NCBI GenBank assembly: GCA_963847095.1
Contig: CAWJYS010000021.1
Coordinates: 123,590-187,589 of the forward strand
Reading direction: 5' to 3'
DNA from: Methanotrichaceae archaeon
GTDB taxonomy: Archaea > Halobacteriota > Methanosarcinia > Methanotrichales > Methanotrichaceae
DNA length: 64,000 nucleotides
Position 1 is the stretch's first letter; each line of letters begins with the position of its first letter. The translations under genes and the position numbers were made by a program. This document shows positions 60,797 to 64,000 of the stretch, piece by piece. The notes under the pieces were generated by a model. It worked only from the letters and a program-made list of their open reading frames with translations, was not told where the DNA came from and did not search any database.

Positions 60797-61312
60797 ATGT
60801 CTATTATCATAAGCTCTGAGGGTCTTCGCACCGGCGATAGTCTGATTAGCCACCTGGAGTACTACGAAGCGATCTTTGAGAGAAAGGCACTGGTTACCAG
60901 GGAAGGCGAGTTCAGGAATCGCAAACTCGGCCTGACTGTAGAACTCCTGAAGATAGTAGGCATCCCCGAGAATCTCAAGACAGAGCTGATCTCTGCAGTT
61001 ATTGACGCCTGGAGGATGGAAGCCCCTGAAAAGACGGTTGAGCAGAGGGAAGAAGAGCTGAAGATGCTTCTGCATACCATCAAAGCTGTGAAGAACGCTG
61101 CGAATTGGGCCAGAGAGCACCCAAGCCCAATGATTGGGCAGCAGCTGGATGTGGCTGTCATGTTCTCTCTCCCGCTTATGTCCTCAGATCTCAGGCCTGA
61201 GGAGGTTTCCAAAGTCCACTGCCTGCTCTGCCAGGTTATGGACCATTACGCAGCCATGATAGACGGCTCCATTCTCAATAGACCTGAGAAGGACAGTTCT
61301 GATTCTGCTTGA
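60797..61312 (+). CDS. Hypothetical protein (171 aa)
   Basis: ORF. Confidence 0.4.
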   Translation: MSIIISSEGLRTGDSLISHLEYYEAIFERKALVTREGEFRNRKLGLTVELLKIVGIPENLKTELISAVIDAWRMEAPEKTVEQREEELKMLLHTIKAVKNAANWAREHPSPMIGQQLDVAVMFSLPLMSSDLRPEEVSKVHCLLCQVMDHYAAMIDGSILNRPEKDSSDSA

Positions 61313-61504
61313 TGCGCATGCATCCTGATTCTACCATTTTATCTCGGACCCGTCTCGAAACTGATCTATATAGAATAGCCTGCTGAATTGCACATACATA
61401 TTTTAATGGCCAAAGGAATATAATTTCATGTCTTCAGGGAGAGATCCATAACCCTCGAGGGCAGGCTCTTTTGCCTCAAGAGGAACGAAGGTCTGAGGGC
61501 ATCC

Positions 61505-62308
61505 ATGGCAACGGTAAAGGGCAGAGTAAAGGCCAGGCTGGAAGCTGGCAGCTATCAACGCAAAATCCTGGAGAACCCTGTCCAAAGAGCTAAGATCGTC
61601 CTCAAAGGGGGCACTCCTTATGTTCATATCTATGTAACCTGCAAAGTGCCTGAGAAAGAGGCGGATGATCCCGTGGGAGTAGATCTGGGCGTCAGGAAGC
61701 TTCTGGTGGCATCTAACGGCTTTAAAATAAATGGGGGACTGGTAAAGGCCAGGCAAAGGCATTTTAGGGCTCTCAGGGAATCTCTCAAATCAAAAGGCAC
61801 CTCCTCTGCACGGAGGAGGCTCAAACGGCTACAAAAGAGAGAGAACCGATGGATGAAGAACGTTCTTCATCAGTCCAGCAGGGGCCTGATCGTATCTCTT
61901 GAAGAGGGCAGCTACATTTCCCTGGAGAGGCTCTACGGCACGAAGATCAGGAGTAAGGTGAATAGGAATCGAAAATGTACAAGGAGAGCATACAAGTCCT
62001 CGGCCATGTGCAGGCTCCAGCACATGATAACTTACAAGTGTGAGGAGAGCGGCATTCCTGTGGTGCTGGTCAAACCGGACTTCACATCACAGCGCTGCCC
62101 CAGATGCGGCACCATAGATAGATATAATCGCAGGACGCAGGCGCTCTTTAGATGCGTGAACTGCGGGTATCAGCACAATGCAGACTTCGTGGCATCCATT
62201 AACCTCCGGGAGCTGGCTCGCGGAGGTTGGGCTGCTGTCAGCCAGCCTTATGCGATCCCAACTGTATATGGGGACTGCGAGCCCGTTTTGCAGCATTTTT
62301 TGCACTGA
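61505..62308 (+). mobile_element. tnpB: N-terminally truncated TnpB-like (IS200/IS605 OrfB-family) gene
   Basis: RuvC-I VGVDLGVRKLLVAS, zinc finger CPRCG...CVNCG, RuvC-III NADFVASINL. About 150-200 N-terminal residues are missing. No tnpA nearby. Confidence 0.65.
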
Positions 62309-62610
62309 ATATTTCGGGCAGCTGATCGAAAACAGGATGCTTTAACAGGCAGAGAGGTCAAGATTCAGTGTTCTCTTTTTCTATATAGACTTATATAGAG
62401 AATTTTTGCTACATATTTTATTGAGAATAACTATATGAGTGGATCAGACCGTTCCTAGAAATAGATGAATGACGGGACCAAGGTGTCTATAGTTACGCAT
62501 GCTGTGGCTCTCATTTTATTTTTATTATTAATATCATATTACCTATATCGTGTGGTGGGGATAAAAATTTGACTTCATGTTATTATTAAGTTAATATTAT
62601 CACTTGGGGC

Positions 62611-63624
62611 ATGAGCATGGAAACAAGAAAGGTACAGAGAACTGGCAAGTCCACTTACATCGTTTCTCTCCCTAAGAGCTGGGCGAGCAAGAACAGCATA
62701 GAGAGCGGCTCTATAGTATACCTCTCCCAAAGCGATAATGGAGCCCTAATGCTGCTGACAAATAGAAGAGAAAAAGACCTCAGCATCAAACTGGAGATAG
62801 GCGACAAGGTGGGCGAGCCGCTGATCAGGGACATTGTAGCTTGCTACGTTGCAGGCTACAAGACGGTAGAGATAACCTCCAGCCGCTTATCCGCAGCTCA
62901 GAAGAGAGATCTACACCAGATTGTGAACAAGCTCATAGGCCCTGAGATCCTGGAGGAGACGATAAGCAAAGTGGTCATTCAGGATCTTTTAAGCTCCGAG
63001 GAGCTAGAGGTTGAGAAGGCTCTTCGAAGGATGAGGACCGTCGTCAAGTCCATGATACAGGATGCAATCTCTTCCCTCATCAACTGCAACCAGGAGCTAG
63101 CAGCCGACGTAGTGCGGAGGGACGACGACGTGGACAGGCTGAATCTGCTCGTGTCGCGCCGGTTCACCGAAGTACTCAGGTCGGGAACCATCAAGCAAGA
63201 AGCCCTCAACGCCATAGCTACTTTCAATTACATGCAGGCGGCATCGAACCTGGAGAGGATCGCCGATCATGCTTTGAAGATTGCCAGGATAGTTGATAGC
63301 ACCGGCTGTAAGCTGCCGGAAGGCATAGCTATTGAGATCTCCAGGCTGGAACCTATTTTCGGCGGGCTGATCGATGACTCCGTTCAGGCATTGGTCCACG
63401 GAGATTCCAAAAAGGCCAACGAGCTTATCGATAAGACCAGAGAGGTGCAGAGGTGTTCACAGATGATGGCCAATACCTCCCGTGTTAAGGATAAAGATGA
63501 GATGCTGGTGCGGCTGGTGGTGGCCGGAAGCCTGGAACGCATGCTGGACTACATCATGAACATCGGAGAGCTGACCATCAACCTGCGCAATGCCTCAATA
63601 GGTGCAGAAGAAAATTCTCGCTGA
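62611..63624 (+). CDS. PhoU-domain phosphate-uptake-regulator-like protein with an N-terminal AbrB/SpoVT-type domain
   Basis: N-terminal RKVQRTGKSTYIVSLPKSWA swapped-hairpin motif and PhoU-like helical repeats (DDDVDRLNLLVSRRF...). Confidence 0.75.
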   Translation: MSMETRKVQRTGKSTYIVSLPKSWASKNSIESGSIVYLSQSDNGALMLLTNRREKDLSIKLEIGDKVGEPLIRDIVACYVAGYKTVEITSSRLSAAQKRDLHQIVNKLIGPEILEETISKVVIQDLLSSEELEVEKALRRMRTVVKSMIQDAISSLINCNQELAADVVRRDDDVDRLNLLVSRRFTEVLRSGTIKQEALNAIATFNYMQAASNLERIADHALKIARIVDSTGCKLPEGIAIEISRLEPIFGGLIDDSVQALVHGDSKKANELIDKTREVQRCSQMMANTSRVKDKDEMLVRLVVAGSLERMLDYIMNIGELTINLRNASIGAEENSR

Positions 63625-63831
63625 CCGCAAGCACAGCGATATCCGCCCTCTCCGCACCTGCGAGTTAAAGCTATGAGGCAGAGGAGCAACTGAAGCTATT
63701 GCGTATCAAGCTACATTATACCAGTCATTAATCTATTTTCCTCGTTTATTCTATTTGAGAAATCAATATATTGCTCTAGTTCCAGTAGAATAACCGAAAT
63801 ATAAAGTCAAAACCGATCCGCGGGGTTGAAG

Positions 63832-64000
63832 ATGAGCAGCTTGGATACGAGAAGGGTACAGAAGACCGGCAAATCGACCTTTGTGATATCCCTACCCAAG
63901 AACTGGGCTACTAAGAATGGCATACAGATGGGGACTATCATGTACATCTCCCAGGAAGAGAATGGCGGCCTGGTGCTCTCCGCCCATAAATCCAAGCGGG
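63832..64000 (+). CDS. Second, tandem PhoU-like paralogue (partial, runs off the window end)
   Basis: MSSLDTRRVQKTGKSTFVISLPKNWATKNG is about 60% identical to the N-terminus of 62611-63624. Confidence 0.6.
   Translation, partial: MSSLDTRRVQKTGKSTFVISLPKNWATKNGIQMGTIMYISQEENGGLVLSAHKSKR

Noticed and set aside
1-64000. CRISPR arrays or rRNA genes
   Set aside because: I found no array of evenly spaced direct repeats of 24-40 bp with unique spacers. No rRNA-like conserved stretch was found either.

Overview
This window looks like an archaeal chromosome segment, probably from a Methanosarcinales-like methanogen. The evidence is a group II chaperonin (thermosome) with a GGMPGGMGG tail, a PGF-CTERM sorting signal, an archaeal-type tRNA-Pro without encoded CCA, and GGAGG ribosome-binding sites with frequent TTG starts. 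Base composition is mosaic: GC-rich genes alternate with AT-rich accessory stretches.

Recognisable core genes: thermosome, DEAD-box RNA helicase, RNB-family exoribonuclease, SPFH/prohibitin, a nucleotide-sugar dehydrogenase, a NuoG-like formate dehydrogenase alpha subunit, and tandem PhoU-like regulators.

The accessory content I consider most worth a second look:
- A candidate RiPP cluster at 7.9-9.4 kb: a Cys-rich precursor-like peptide directly upstream of a radical-SAM/SPASM enzyme.
- A 9.6-kb island at 11.7-21.3 kb bounded by a perfect 54-nt duplication of the tRNA-Pro(GGG) 3' end, with no integrase found. It carries flavodoxin, a dienelactone-hydrolase-family lipoprotein, HicAB, a multi-copy unknown gene family, and four secreted or membrane genes that share a duplicated promoter/leader module.
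- A toxin-antitoxin and defence-like islet at 41-45 kb: RelE, a minimal nucleotidyltransferase, an ABC-type ATPase with a small partner, and decayed toxin-antitoxin remnants.
- The fdhA gene interrupted by a single in-frame TAG.
- Two frameshifted genes: an MBL-fold hydrolase and an acetyl-CoA hydrolase/transferase fused to a GNAT domain.
- Dispersed intergenic inverted-repeat elements, a segmental duplication of a Zn-ribbon module, a GC-rich ORF-free region that may be a structured RNA, and a truncated TnpB.

No CRISPR array and no rRNA gene were seen. All calls rest on motif recognition by eye; no database search was run.
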